Below are positions 1 to 8,303 of a DNA stretch of 64,000 nucleotides, piece after piece (position 1 is the stretch's first letter; every line of letters starts with the position of its first letter). The notes below the pieces were generated by a model that had not been told where the DNA came from, did not search any database, and saw only the letters and a list, made by a program, of their open reading frames with translations. Both the position numbers and the translations under genes were made by a program. The DNA is taken from contig DATELQ010000037.1 of the NCBI GenBank assembly GCA_035276475.1, positions 2,482-66,481 on the forward strand, written 5' to 3'. This DNA is from Thermoanaerobaculia bacterium. GTDB lineage: Bacteria > Acidobacteriota > Thermoanaerobaculia > Gp7-AA8.

Positions 1-36
1 TTCACCAACTACCGCGGTTGAGTTATCCTTGCCTGC

Positions 37-1029
37 GTGACGGTCAACGAGCAACTCTCGCGTGCAGAACGGCTTGTCGACCTGATCGCGCCGAAGCTGC
101 AGCTGGTCGAAGAAGAGCTGCGCCGTAACTTCCAATCGCAGATCCAGACGCTTCACGACGTCGGCGAGCACATTCTCGGCGGCGGCGGCAAACGCCTCCG
201 CCCTGCCCTCGTGCTGCTCGTGTCGAAGATGCTCCGCTACGACGGCTACCGCGACGTGATCTACGGCGCGGTGATCGAGTTCATTCACACCGCGACGCTG
301 GTGCACGACGACATCATCGACGAGGCGGCCATCCGCCGCGGCCGGACGTCGATCAACTACCGCTGGGGCAACAACCTCACGGTGCTGGTCGGCGATTATC
401 TCTACACGCACTCGATGAACATGGCCCTCGCGGAGGGGAACCTCGACGTGCTGCGCCTCTTGTCGAACGTGACGATCCGGATGATCGAGGGCGAGATCCT
501 CGGCCTGGAGACGAACGGCCGCGCCGACATCACCCGCGACGACTATTTCGAGATCGTCGGCCGCAAGACGGCGGCGCTTTTCGGCGCCTGCTGCCGCATT
601 CCGGCGTACCTCGTCGACGTCCCCGAGAGCTCCTCCACGTCGCTCTTCAACTACGGCTTCAACCTCGGCGTCTGCTTCCAGCTCATCGACGATCTCCTCG
701 ACTTCACGTCGAGCACAGAGGTCCTCGGCAAGCCGGCGCTGTCGGATCTGAAGGAAGGGAAAGTCACGCTGCCGCTGATCCTGGCGCTGCCGCGCGCGAC
801 GGAGAGCGAGCGGGCCATGGTCGCGCGCGTGGCCTCGACGAAGACGTTCGACAGCGATCCGGCGGAGATCCTCCGCCTCGTGCAGAAGTACGGGACGCTC
901 GACGAGACGCGCGCCATCGCCCGCGACTACGCCGGCCGCGCCCGCGCCGCGCTCGTGCCGTTCGCCGATTCGCCGGCAAAGGACGCGCTGGAGACGGCGC
1001 TCGACTTCGTTCTCGACCGCGACCGGTAA
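37..1029 (+). CDS. ispB: trans-polyprenyl diphosphate synthase (octaprenyl-PP synthase family)
   Basis: 330-aa ORF with both aspartate-rich prenyltransferase motifs (LVHDDIIDEA and FQLIDDLLD); GTG start. Confidence 0.85.
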   Translation: MTVNEQLSRAERLVDLIAPKLQLVEEELRRNFQSQIQTLHDVGEHILGGGGKRLRPALVLLVSKMLRYDGYRDVIYGAVIEFIHTATLVHDDIIDEAAIRRGRTSINYRWGNNLTVLVGDYLYTHSMNMALAEGNLDVLRLLSNVTIRMIEGEILGLETNGRADITRDDYFEIVGRKTAALFGACCRIPAYLVDVPESSSTSLFNYGFNLGVCFQLIDDLLDFTSSTEVLGKPALSDLKEGKVTLPLILALPRATESERAMVARVASTKTFDSDPAEILRLVQKYGTLDETRAIARDYAGRARAALVPFADSPAKDALETALDFVLDRDR

Positions 1030-1053
1030 CAAAAGACCCCTTTCCGTCACTCC

Positions 1054-1665
1054 ATGGGTGTGGGTGACATCAATTGCGGCGTCGACTCCTCCTCCCCCGT
1101 CACACCGTCCGCAGCACATTGCCTGGCGCAGCTCGGCTTCACGTTCGTGGCGCGCTACTACCGCAGTCATAAGAGCAGCGCCAGCCGCCTGACGCGCGAG
1201 GAAGCGCTCGCCATCAGCGCCGCGGGGCTGAACCTCGTCACGGTCTTCGAGTACGCCGGGACGAAGGCGTCGTACTTCACCGCCGACCAGGCGCTCTTGG
1301 ACGCGAAGGACACGCTCGCGCAGATCGCCGAGGTGCAGCAGCCGATCGGCAGCGCGATCTACTTCGCCGTCGACTACAACGCCACAGCCGAGGACATCGC
1401 CGGGCCGATCACGAACTACTTCACCGTCGTCAACGGCGCGCTGCGCCCCCGCTTCGCCCCCGGCGTCTACGGCTCCGGCGCCACGTGCGCGGCGATGCTC
1501 ACCGCCGGTCTCGCCGACTTCGCCTGGCTCTCGCAGTCGGTCGGGTTCCTAGGCACGCCGGGCTTCACGCAGTGGAGCATCAAGCAAGGGATGCCGCACA
1601 TGTTCTGCGGGCTGGATACGGATCCGGATGAGGCGCACGGGCATTACGGGGGGTTCACGGTTTAG
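1054..1665 (+). CDS. DUF1906 / glycoside-hydrolase-25-like (Rv2525c-like) domain protein
   Basis: 203-aa ORF; N-terminal G.D....P......L...GFTFVARYY pattern typical of GH25-like DUF1906 proteins; no recognisable signal peptide. Confidence 0.45.
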   Translation: MGVGDINCGVDSSSPVTPSAAHCLAQLGFTFVARYYRSHKSSASRLTREEALAISAAGLNLVTVFEYAGTKASYFTADQALLDAKDTLAQIAEVQQPIGSAIYFAVDYNATAEDIAGPITNYFTVVNGALRPRFAPGVYGSGATCAAMLTAGLADFAWLSQSVGFLGTPGFTQWSIKQGMPHMFCGLDTDPDEAHGHYGGFTV

Positions 1666-1756
1666 AGACAGGTGACAGATCACAGGGAACGGGTGACAGG
1701 TCGTGTTCTCGCGACGGTACCACCTGTGACCTGTCACCCGTCACCCGTGACCTGCT
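1666..1756. repeat. palindromic intergenic repeat element, copy A (GGTGACAG / CTGTCACC family)
   Basis: About 90 bp between convergent genes built from imperfect inverted copies of a ~32-bp unit (ggtgacagatcacagggaacgggtgacagg ... cctgtgacctgtcacccgtcacc); near-identical unit recurs at 57236-57345. Confidence 0.8.
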
Positions 1757-3766
1757 TTACTTGAAATGCGTCTCGATCCAATCGATCCAGCGGCGATAGA
1801 CGTCGGCGTTGCGGACCGGATCGCCCGGGAAGTGCCCGCCGACCGGGTAGGCGACGAACTTCGTCTCCACGCCGTTGTCCTTGAGCGCGTGGTACATCTC
1901 GAACGACTGCGTGGCCGGCACGCGCGTGTCGCCGGTGTCGGTGAGGATCAGCGTCGGCGTCTTGATGGCGTGCGCGTAGGTGATCGGCGACTGCTCCATC
2001 CACGCCTTCGCGGTCTTGGGGTTGTACGGCGAGCCTTCGAGCGAGTAGCGCACGGTGACGTTGTTGTCGGACAAGACGTACTCGTGCACGAGGTTGTTGA
2101 CGGCCGCGCCGGAGACGGCGGCGCGGAACGGGCCGTAGTGGCCGATGAGCCACGACGTCATGTAGCCGCCGTACGACCAGCCGGAGACGGCGATGCGGCT
2201 CTCGTCGATGAAGCCGCGCTTCTCGAGCATGGCCACGCCGGCCATGACGTCGCGGCCCGGCCCGGCGCCAGCGTCGTTGTAGATGGCGCGCTGGTAGGCG
2301 TTGCCGAGGTTGTCGCTGCCGCGGTAATTCGGGGAGAAGACGATCCAGCCGCGCGCGGCGAGGAGCTGCGAGAAGAGGCTGAAGGAGCGGATCGACGCCG
2401 CTTGCGGACCGCCGTGGATGCTGAGCACGAGCGGGTACTTCTTCGCTGGATCGAAGTCGGGCGGATAGACGACGATGCCGTCCTCGTCGAAGCCGTCGTT
2501 CTTCCACGTCACACGCTCGACTTTTCCAAGCTCCAGCGTGCCGACCCAGTCGTTGAACGAGGTGAGGCGGCGCGGCTTCGCGTCGGCGGAGCTCATGTAG
2601 TACAGCTCGCGGGCGCGATACGGCTCGCTGCCGGTGAAGGCGATCGCGCCGTCACGGCCGACGTTCATGTCCACCCAGTACGACCACGACGGATTGATGT
2701 CGCCCAAGTCGAGCTTGCGCGCGGCGCCGCCGCCGGCGGGCTGCAGCCAGAGCGCGGTCTGGTCTTTGTCGTGGCCGCCGACGAGGAGCGTCTTGCTGTC
2801 GGGCATCCAAAGCTGGCGGAAGAAGCTGCGGTCGATGCCGCGCGTGGCGTCGACGCTGTCGCCGCCGGAGGCTTGGGCGACGTAGATGTCGTTGACTGCG
2901 GCGCCGTCGCCGTCGCGGTAGTACCAGTACGCGACCTGTTTGCCGTCGGGCGAGAACTGCGGCGTGAACTCGAACTTCGTCTTCTTCGTCAGCGGCCGCG
3001 ACGCGCCGGTGGCGACGTCGACGATCTGCACCGACGTCTGGTCGCTGTCGCCGTAGACCGGCGTCTCCTGCCGCGTGATGGCGATCTGCTTGCCGTCCGG
3101 TGACCACGACAGCGGCGACGGGATCGGGCCGGGCGGCTGGTAGGTCGGCAGGCTCCACGTGCCCGTCGTGATGCGCTTCGCGTTCGCGCCGTCCGCGTCG
3201 ATGGTCCACAGATGCGTCGGGAGCGGGTACTCCTGCGCGAGGAAGTCGAGGTTGCCGACCTCGAACGCGTCCTCGTGCTTGGCGCGGTCCTTCTTCTGCG
3301 GCTTCTCGTCCGAGGCCGCGTAGGCGAAGGCGTTGCCGTCGGGGCGCCAGGCGAAGTGCGACACCCCCATCGGCGCGCTCGTGACGCGGCGCGCGTCGCC
3401 GCCGTCCATCGGCATGATCCAGATCTGCGGCATCGATTCCTTTTTCTCGCCGGTCGGCGCTTCGTCGAGAAAGGCCAGGCGGTCACCGCTCGGCGACCAG
3501 CGCGGCGAGTTGACGTGGCGCCGCTCGAAGGTCAGCACGCGCTGCCTTCCGCTGGCGACGTCGACGAGGACAAGCTCGCTCTCGGAGCGGTTCTCCGCGA
3601 CGTTCGGCCGCGAGACGATGCAGACGATCGACTTTCCGTCCGGCGAGAGCTGCGGGTCGGAGACGCTGACGGAGCGGAAGAGATCGTCGAGGGAGACGCG
3701 CGGCTTCTGCTGCGCCGACGCGAGCGAGGCGAAGGCCAGGAGGGCGACGAGTTTGATTGTCCGCAT
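1757..3766 (-). CDS. S9 family serine peptidase (prolyl oligopeptidase / dipeptidyl aminopeptidase type) with N-terminal TolB-like beta-propeller, secreted
   Basis: 669 aa; signal peptide; propeller repeats; catalytic nucleophile motif GWSYGGYM; C-terminal Asp/His region (GDTD, GGHF). Confidence 0.9.
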   Translation of the reverse strand: MRTIKLVALLAFASLASAQQKPRVSLDDLFRSVSVSDPQLSPDGKSIVCIVSRPNVAENRSESELVLVDVASGRQRVLTFERRHVNSPRWSPSGDRLAFLDEAPTGEKKESMPQIWIMPMDGGDARRVTSAPMGVSHFAWRPDGNAFAYAASDEKPQKKDRAKHEDAFEVGNLDFLAQEYPLPTHLWTIDADGANAKRITTGTWSLPTYQPPGPIPSPLSWSPDGKQIAITRQETPVYGDSDQTSVQIVDVATGASRPLTKKTKFEFTPQFSPDGKQVAYWYYRDGDGAAVNDIYVAQASGGDSVDATRGIDRSFFRQLWMPDSKTLLVGGHDKDQTALWLQPAGGGAARKLDLGDINPSWSYWVDMNVGRDGAIAFTGSEPYRARELYYMSSADAKPRRLTSFNDWVGTLELGKVERVTWKNDGFDEDGIVVYPPDFDPAKKYPLVLSIHGGPQAASIRSFSLFSQLLAARGWIVFSPNYRGSDNLGNAYQRAIYNDAGAGPGRDVMAGVAMLEKRGFIDESRIAVSGWSYGGYMTSWLIGHYGPFRAAVSGAAVNNLVHEYVLSDNNVTVRYSLEGSPYNPKTAKAWMEQSPITYAHAIKTPTLILTDTGDTRVPATQSFEMYHALKDNGVETKFVAYPVGGHFPGDPVRNADVYRRWIDWIETHFK

Positions 3767-3806
3767 GCGGGGAAGGATAGCAGGGCCAGTCGTTAGGACG
3801 ACGGCG

Positions 3807-4175
3807 TTACGAGAGCATCTCCATGATCTCCGCCATCGCCGCGCGGGCGCGCAGCTGGGCCGGATCTTCGTCCCGGCCGGCGGTCAGGCGGATCACCTTG
3901 TTGTACTGCTCGATCGCGGCCGCGTAGTTCTGCAGGCAGCGGTGGTAGATGTCGCCCTTGGCCAGCTTCGCCTCCAGGTTCATCGGCTCGAGCTCGATGA
4001 TCTTGTTGAGAAAAATCATGGCCGTGTCGTACTTCTCTTCGTCCATGGCCATCTTGTAGCGGAGGCGGTAGAGCGCGATCAGCTCGTCGTGCTTCGGATC
4101 GATCCATGCGCCGGGCAGATGCCGGAAGATCGCGGAGAGGAGATTCGAGCGCTTGATCGGCAGTCGTTGCGACAT
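3807..4175 (-). CDS. small TPR-repeat protein
   Basis: 122-aa ORF with TPR-like helices (AKLAKGDIYHRCLQNYAAAIEQYNKVI); divergent from coaD. Confidence 0.55.
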   Translation of the reverse strand: MSQRLPIKRSNLLSAIFRHLPGAWIDPKHDELIALYRLRYKMAMDEEKYDTAMIFLNKIIELEPMNLEAKLAKGDIYHRCLQNYAAAIEQYNKVIRLTAGRDEDPAQLRARAAMAEIMEMLS

Positions 4176-4235
4176 TCTTCACACCCTCCCTTCGCCCGAA
4201 TTTCAATTGATGGTAGCACGGGTTATCCTTCGCGC

Positions 4236-4721
4236 ATGCGCGCCGCCGTCTATCCGGGCTCGTTCGATCCGCTGACGAACGGTCATCTCGACATCATCCG
4301 CCGCTGCTCGCGCCTCTTCGACCGCGTCATGGTGGCGCTGTTGGAGAACGAAGGAAAGTCTCCCCTCTTCACCATCCCCGAGCGCATCGAACTGATCGCT
4401 CGCTGCACCGCGGAGATGCCCAACGTCGAGGTGCATTCCTTCTCCGGCCTCCTCGTCGACTTCATGCGCCGCCACGACGCCACCGTCGTCGTGCGCGGCA
4501 TCCGGGCCGTGTCGGACTACGAGTACGAGCTGCAGATGGCGCTCATGAACCGCGAGCTCAACGCGCAGGTGGAGACGATCTTCATGCTTCCCGCGGTGGA
4601 GTACACGTACGTCTCCTCTCGCTTGATCAAAGAGGTCTTCCGCCTCGGCGGCGACGTCGGGCGTCTCGTCCCCGCACCGGTCCTCGAGTCGCTCAAGGCG
4701 CGGCTGCCGGTGACGGTCTAG
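4236..4721 (+). CDS. coaD: phosphopantetheine adenylyltransferase
   Basis: 161 aa beginning MRAAVYPGSFDPLTNGHLDII (T/HxGH nucleotidyltransferase motif); the longer track ORF 3333-4721 is an upstream read-through. Confidence 0.9.
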   Translation: MRAAVYPGSFDPLTNGHLDIIRRCSRLFDRVMVALLENEGKSPLFTIPERIELIARCTAEMPNVEVHSFSGLLVDFMRRHDATVVVRGIRAVSDYEYELQMALMNRELNAQVETIFMLPAVEYTYVSSRLIKEVFRLGGDVGRLVPAPVLESLKARLPVTV

Positions 4722-5584
4722 TCGCTGCGCGGATCCATGGCGTCGCGGAAGCGGTCGCCGATGATGTTGAAGGCGGCGACGGTGAGGAAGATGGCGACAC
4801 CGGGAAAGACCGCCAGCCACCACGCGTACTGGATGTGCTCCTCGGCGATCGAGAGGATGCTTCCCCACGACGCCGTCGGGATGGGAACGCCGAAGCCGAG
4901 GAACGAGAGCGCCGACTCGAACAGAATCGCCGAGGCCACGCCGAAGCTCGAGGAGACCAGCACCGGGGCGAGCGCGTTCGGGAGGAGATGCCGGAAGATC
5001 ACGCGCGCGTCGCGGGCGCCGATGGCGCGCGCGGCGTGGGCGAAGTCGAGGTCGCGGATGCGCAGGAGCTCCCCGCGCACGTAGCGCGCCTCCGTGGTCC
5101 ACGACGTCAGCCCCAGCGCGATCATGATCGTGTAGAGCGACGGCTTGAAGAGCGCCACGATGCCGAGGACGAGAAAGAGGAACGGGAAGCAGAGCAGGGT
5201 CTCGATGAGGCGGGAGACGATCCAGTCGGCCGCGCCGCCGTAGTAGCCGGCCAGCGCGCCGAGAATCGAGCCAACGATGAGCGAGATCGCCGTCGCCGTG
5301 AAGCCGACCGTGAGCGAGACCCGCGCGCCGTGGATCATACGCGCCAGCACGTCGCGCCCGAGGTCGTCGGTGCCGAAGCGGTGCTGTGCGGTCGGAGCCT
5401 CGAGGCGGTGCGCGAGGTCGACGTCGTTCGGCCCGAACGGCACCGGCGCCGAGGGCCCGGCGAGGAGCGGCGCAAAGAGCGCGATGACGGCCATCAGCAC
5501 GACGAAGACGAGCGCGATGACGGCCAGCTTGCTCCGGCGGAAGCGCAGCCAGGTCAGACCCCAGATCGACTCCCCTACCCTCAT
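4718..5584 (-). CDS. oligopeptide/dipeptide ABC transporter permease (DppC/OppC type)
   Basis: Start placed at internal MRVGESIWGLTW (residue 91 of track ORF), giving an ATGA overlap with the upstream permease; 6-TM permease with conserved EAA-like region. Confidence 0.85.
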   Translation of the reverse strand: MRVGESIWGLTWLRFRRSKLAVIALVFVVLMAVIALFAPLLAGPSAPVPFGPNDVDLAHRLEAPTAQHRFGTDDLGRDVLARMIHGARVSLTVGFTATAISLIVGSILGALAGYYGGAADWIVSRLIETLLCFPFLFLVLGIVALFKPSLYTIMIALGLTSWTTEARYVRGELLRIRDLDFAHAARAIGARDARVIFRHLLPNALAPVLVSSSFGVASAILFESALSFLGFGVPIPTASWGSILSIAEEHIQYAWWLAVFPGVAIFLTVAAFNIIGDRFRDAMDPRSD

Positions 5585-6561
5585 CGGGTGGCCTCGAGGC
5601 GGATGCGCGGGTCGGCGAACGCGTAGAGGATGTCGGCGAAGAGCGAGGCGAAGAGGGTGATGACCGCCGTCGTCACCGTGAGGCCGAGGATCATCGGGTA
5701 GTCGCGCTGCGACATCGAGTCGAAGTAGAGCCGGCCGATGCCGTCCCACTGAAAGATCGTCTCGACGATGACGCTGCCGGAGATGAGGTACGGAATCGTC
5801 AAACCGAGGAGCGTGATCAGCGGGATCAGCGCATTGCGGAATGCGTGACGCCACATGACCGCCGCTGGCGCCGCCCCCTTCGCGCGCGCCGTGGTGATGA
5901 AGTCCTGGCGGATCACCTCAATGAGCGCCGACTTCGAGTAGCGCGCGAAGATGGCCATCTGCGCGTACGTCAGCGTGACGACCGGAAGGATGAGATGGCG
6001 CACGCGGTCGAGGAGCTGCTGCGCCGCGTTCATCTGCAGATAGTCGTCCGAGGTCATGCCGAAGAGCGGGAGGACATTGAGCTTCACGGAGAAGAACTGC
6101 ATCAGCAGCAGGGCCACCCAGAAGCTCGGCAGCGAATAGAGAAGGAAGAAGCCGACGGCGGAGGCGCGCTCGGACAGGCGCCCCGAGCGCGTCGCGCTCC
6201 AGAGGCCGATCGGCACGCCGAGCATCGCGGCGATGAGGAACGCGATGAGGTTCAGGACGAAGGTATTCGGCATCTTCTCGGCGATGTGGGCCATGACGGG
6301 CTGCTCGTCGATGATCGACTTGCCGAAGTCGAGGGTGACGACGCCCTTCACCCACCACGCGTACTGCGCGACGATGGGCTGGTCGAGGTGATGCTCGTGG
6401 CGGATGTGCTGGACGATTGCGGCGGGCGGCCGTCCCTTGGGGCTCAGGAACAACAAGGTCGGATCGCCGGGCACGGCGTGGATGAGGGCGAACACCGCGA
6501 CCGTGATGCCGAAGAAGGTCAGCACCCCGTAGGCGCAACGGCGGATCAGGTACGAGAGCAC
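5581..6561 (-). CDS. oligopeptide/dipeptide ABC transporter permease (DppB/OppB type)
   Basis: 326 aa; MLSYLIRRCAYGVLTFFGITVAVFALIHAVPGDP is the canonical OppB/DppB N-terminus. Confidence 0.85.
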   Translation of the reverse strand: MLSYLIRRCAYGVLTFFGITVAVFALIHAVPGDPTLLFLSPKGRPPAAIVQHIRHEHHLDQPIVAQYAWWVKGVVTLDFGKSIIDEQPVMAHIAEKMPNTFVLNLIAFLIAAMLGVPIGLWSATRSGRLSERASAVGFFLLYSLPSFWVALLLMQFFSVKLNVLPLFGMTSDDYLQMNAAQQLLDRVRHLILPVVTLTYAQMAIFARYSKSALIEVIRQDFITTARAKGAAPAAVMWRHAFRNALIPLITLLGLTIPYLISGSVIVETIFQWDGIGRLYFDSMSQRDYPMILGLTVTTAVITLFASLFADILYAFADPRIRLEATR

Positions 6562-6565
6562 TGCG

Positions 6566-8215
6566 TCATTTCACGTTCTGAAACCGCTTCGGAATCCACC
6601 ACCCCAGCTCGCCCGGGTACCACAGGTTCAGCCCCCACCCCTTGCTCTCGTTCACGTTGCGCAGGCGCTTGTTGACGGCCCACTTCGACGAGACCTGCAG
6701 CGTCCAGGTGTACGGCTGGTCGTTGGCCAGCACCTCGTGCAGCTTGCGCATGATGGGGATGCGTTTCTTGAGGTCGAGCTGGGTCCGCTCCGCGTCCATC
6801 AACTTGTCGGCCTCGGGATTCGAATAGAAGACGATGTTCTGGCTCTGCGGCGCGAACTGCGAGGAGTGAAAGAGCGTGAACGGATCGGGATCGGGATCGA
6901 CGTCCCAGGCCAGCTGCGCGGCCTCGAAGTTCCCGCCGAGGACTCGCTGCATGAAGGCGCTCGTGTCGAGCGGAACGATGTTCATCTGCACGCCGATCTT
7001 CTTGAGCTCCGCCTGCAGCAGCTGCCCGAACGGACTCGAGACGGCGTTGCCGCCGGGGATCAGCATGTCGAACTTGAACGGCTTGCCGTTCTTGTCGAGG
7101 ATGCCGTCCTTGTCGCTGTCAGTCCATCCGAGGGAGTTGAGGATGCGCTGGGCCTCGAGGGGGTTGTACTGGATGACCGGGACGTCGGGGTTGTAGGCCC
7201 ACTCGTCCGGCGTGAAGGGGCCGTTCATGGCCCGGGCCGTGCCGTGATAGAGGTTGTTGATCACCGACTGCAGGTCGATGCACATGGACATGGCCCGGCG
7301 CACGCGGCGGTCGCCGAAGATGGGGTGGCGGTTGTTCCAGGGGATGAAGTTGTAGGTCAGCGTGTAGAAGCGGCGGAAGTCGATGGTCTTCTGCAGCTCG
7401 GGGCGGCGGCTCTCCATGAGCCAGACGTCAGAGCTGATCTGGGCCTCGTCGACGTCGCCGCGCTGCACGGCCTGCCAGGCGGTCTTGTCGTCGTTGATGA
7501 CCTTGAAGAGGATCGTGTCGATCCAGACCGGCGGGCCCCACCAGTCCTTGCGCCGCTGCAGGACGATCTCCTTCCCCGGCACGCGGCGGACGAGCGTGTA
7601 CGGCCCGGAGCCGATGGCGCGGTCGACCCAGCCGCCGCGGAAGTCGCCCTGACTGTAGACGTGCTCCGGCAGAGGGAGGACGTTGTTGAACTGGGTGAGC
7701 TGCGACGCCAGGGTCTCCTTGAACCCGACGACGATGGTGTGGTCGTCCAGGACTTTGGTGGTGGCGAGGTCGAGCTTGTCGAAGCCGCCGGCGATCTGCG
7801 CGGCCTCGCTGGCGGGATCGACGATTTTCTTGAGCGTGAAGAGGACGTCGCTCGCCTTGATGGGCGTGCCGTCGGAGAACGTCGCCTTCGGGTTGAGGTG
7901 GAAGGTGTAGAGCCTGCCGTCGGGCGAGATCTCCCACTTGTCCGCGAGGCCGGGAATCGGCTGGAGGTTGACGTCGAGATGGACGATGGGGGTGTAGAGG
8001 TAGTAGGCGATGAGGCGGTCGTACTTCGTCGCCGAGACGATGGGGTTGAGCGTGCTGACGTCGCCGGAGAGGCGGCGCAGGACCGTGCCGCCGGCCACCG
8101 GTACGGTGTCATCCTCCACCGCCGTTTGCACCGGCGGCAGCGCAGTCTCTCTCTTGCACGTGGCCGCGCAGAGAGCGAGCAGAAGAACAGCAAGGAGGGT
8201 GCGGGAACTGTTCAC
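6566..8215 (-). CDS. ABC transporter substrate-binding protein, family 5 (OppA/DppA type)
   Basis: Start moved to in-frame GTG (VNSSRTLLAVLLLALCAATC, signal/lipoprotein-like) because the upstream 21 codons of the track ORF are encoded by the heptamer hairpin; SBP_bac_5-like body. Confidence 0.8.
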   Translation of the reverse strand: MNSSRTLLAVLLLALCAATCKRETALPPVQTAVEDDTVPVAGGTVLRRLSGDVSTLNPIVSATKYDRLIAYYLYTPIVHLDVNLQPIPGLADKWEISPDGRLYTFHLNPKATFSDGTPIKASDVLFTLKKIVDPASEAAQIAGGFDKLDLATTKVLDDHTIVVGFKETLASQLTQFNNVLPLPEHVYSQGDFRGGWVDRAIGSGPYTLVRRVPGKEIVLQRRKDWWGPPVWIDTILFKVINDDKTAWQAVQRGDVDEAQISSDVWLMESRRPELQKTIDFRRFYTLTYNFIPWNNRHPIFGDRRVRRAMSMCIDLQSVINNLYHGTARAMNGPFTPDEWAYNPDVPVIQYNPLEAQRILNSLGWTDSDKDGILDKNGKPFKFDMLIPGGNAVSSPFGQLLQAELKKIGVQMNIVPLDTSAFMQRVLGGNFEAAQLAWDVDPDPDPFTLFHSSQFAPQSQNIVFYSNPEADKLMDAERTQLDLKKRIPIMRKLHEVLANDQPYTWTLQVSSKWAVNKRLRNVNESKGWGLNLWYPGELGWWIPKRFQNVK

Positions 8216-8230
8216 GCCGCCATTATAGGC

Positions 8231-8301
8231 AGTGCTGAGTGCTGAGTGCCGAGTGCTGAGTTGGGAGGTACTCAGCACTCAGAACACAGCACTCAGCACT
8301 C
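8231..8301. repeat. perfect stem-loop made of heptamer tandem repeats (4 x AGTGCTG, loop, 4 x CAGCACT)
   Basis: agtgctgagtgctgagtgccgagtgctgag-ttgggaggt-actcagcactcagaacacagcactcagcact lying directly 3' of the propeller gene stop and 5' of the SBP gene start on the minus strand. Confidence 0.85.
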
Positions 8302-8303
8302 TT

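Noticed and set aside
3333-4235. N-terminal 300-codon extension of the coaD ORF, and similar extensions on dnaG, udk, the squalene synthase and the acyl-CoA dehydrogenase
   Set aside because: The extensions lack homology and run through neighbouring genes or tRNA/terminator. Conserved N-termini with ATGA coupling or an SD identify the internal starts.
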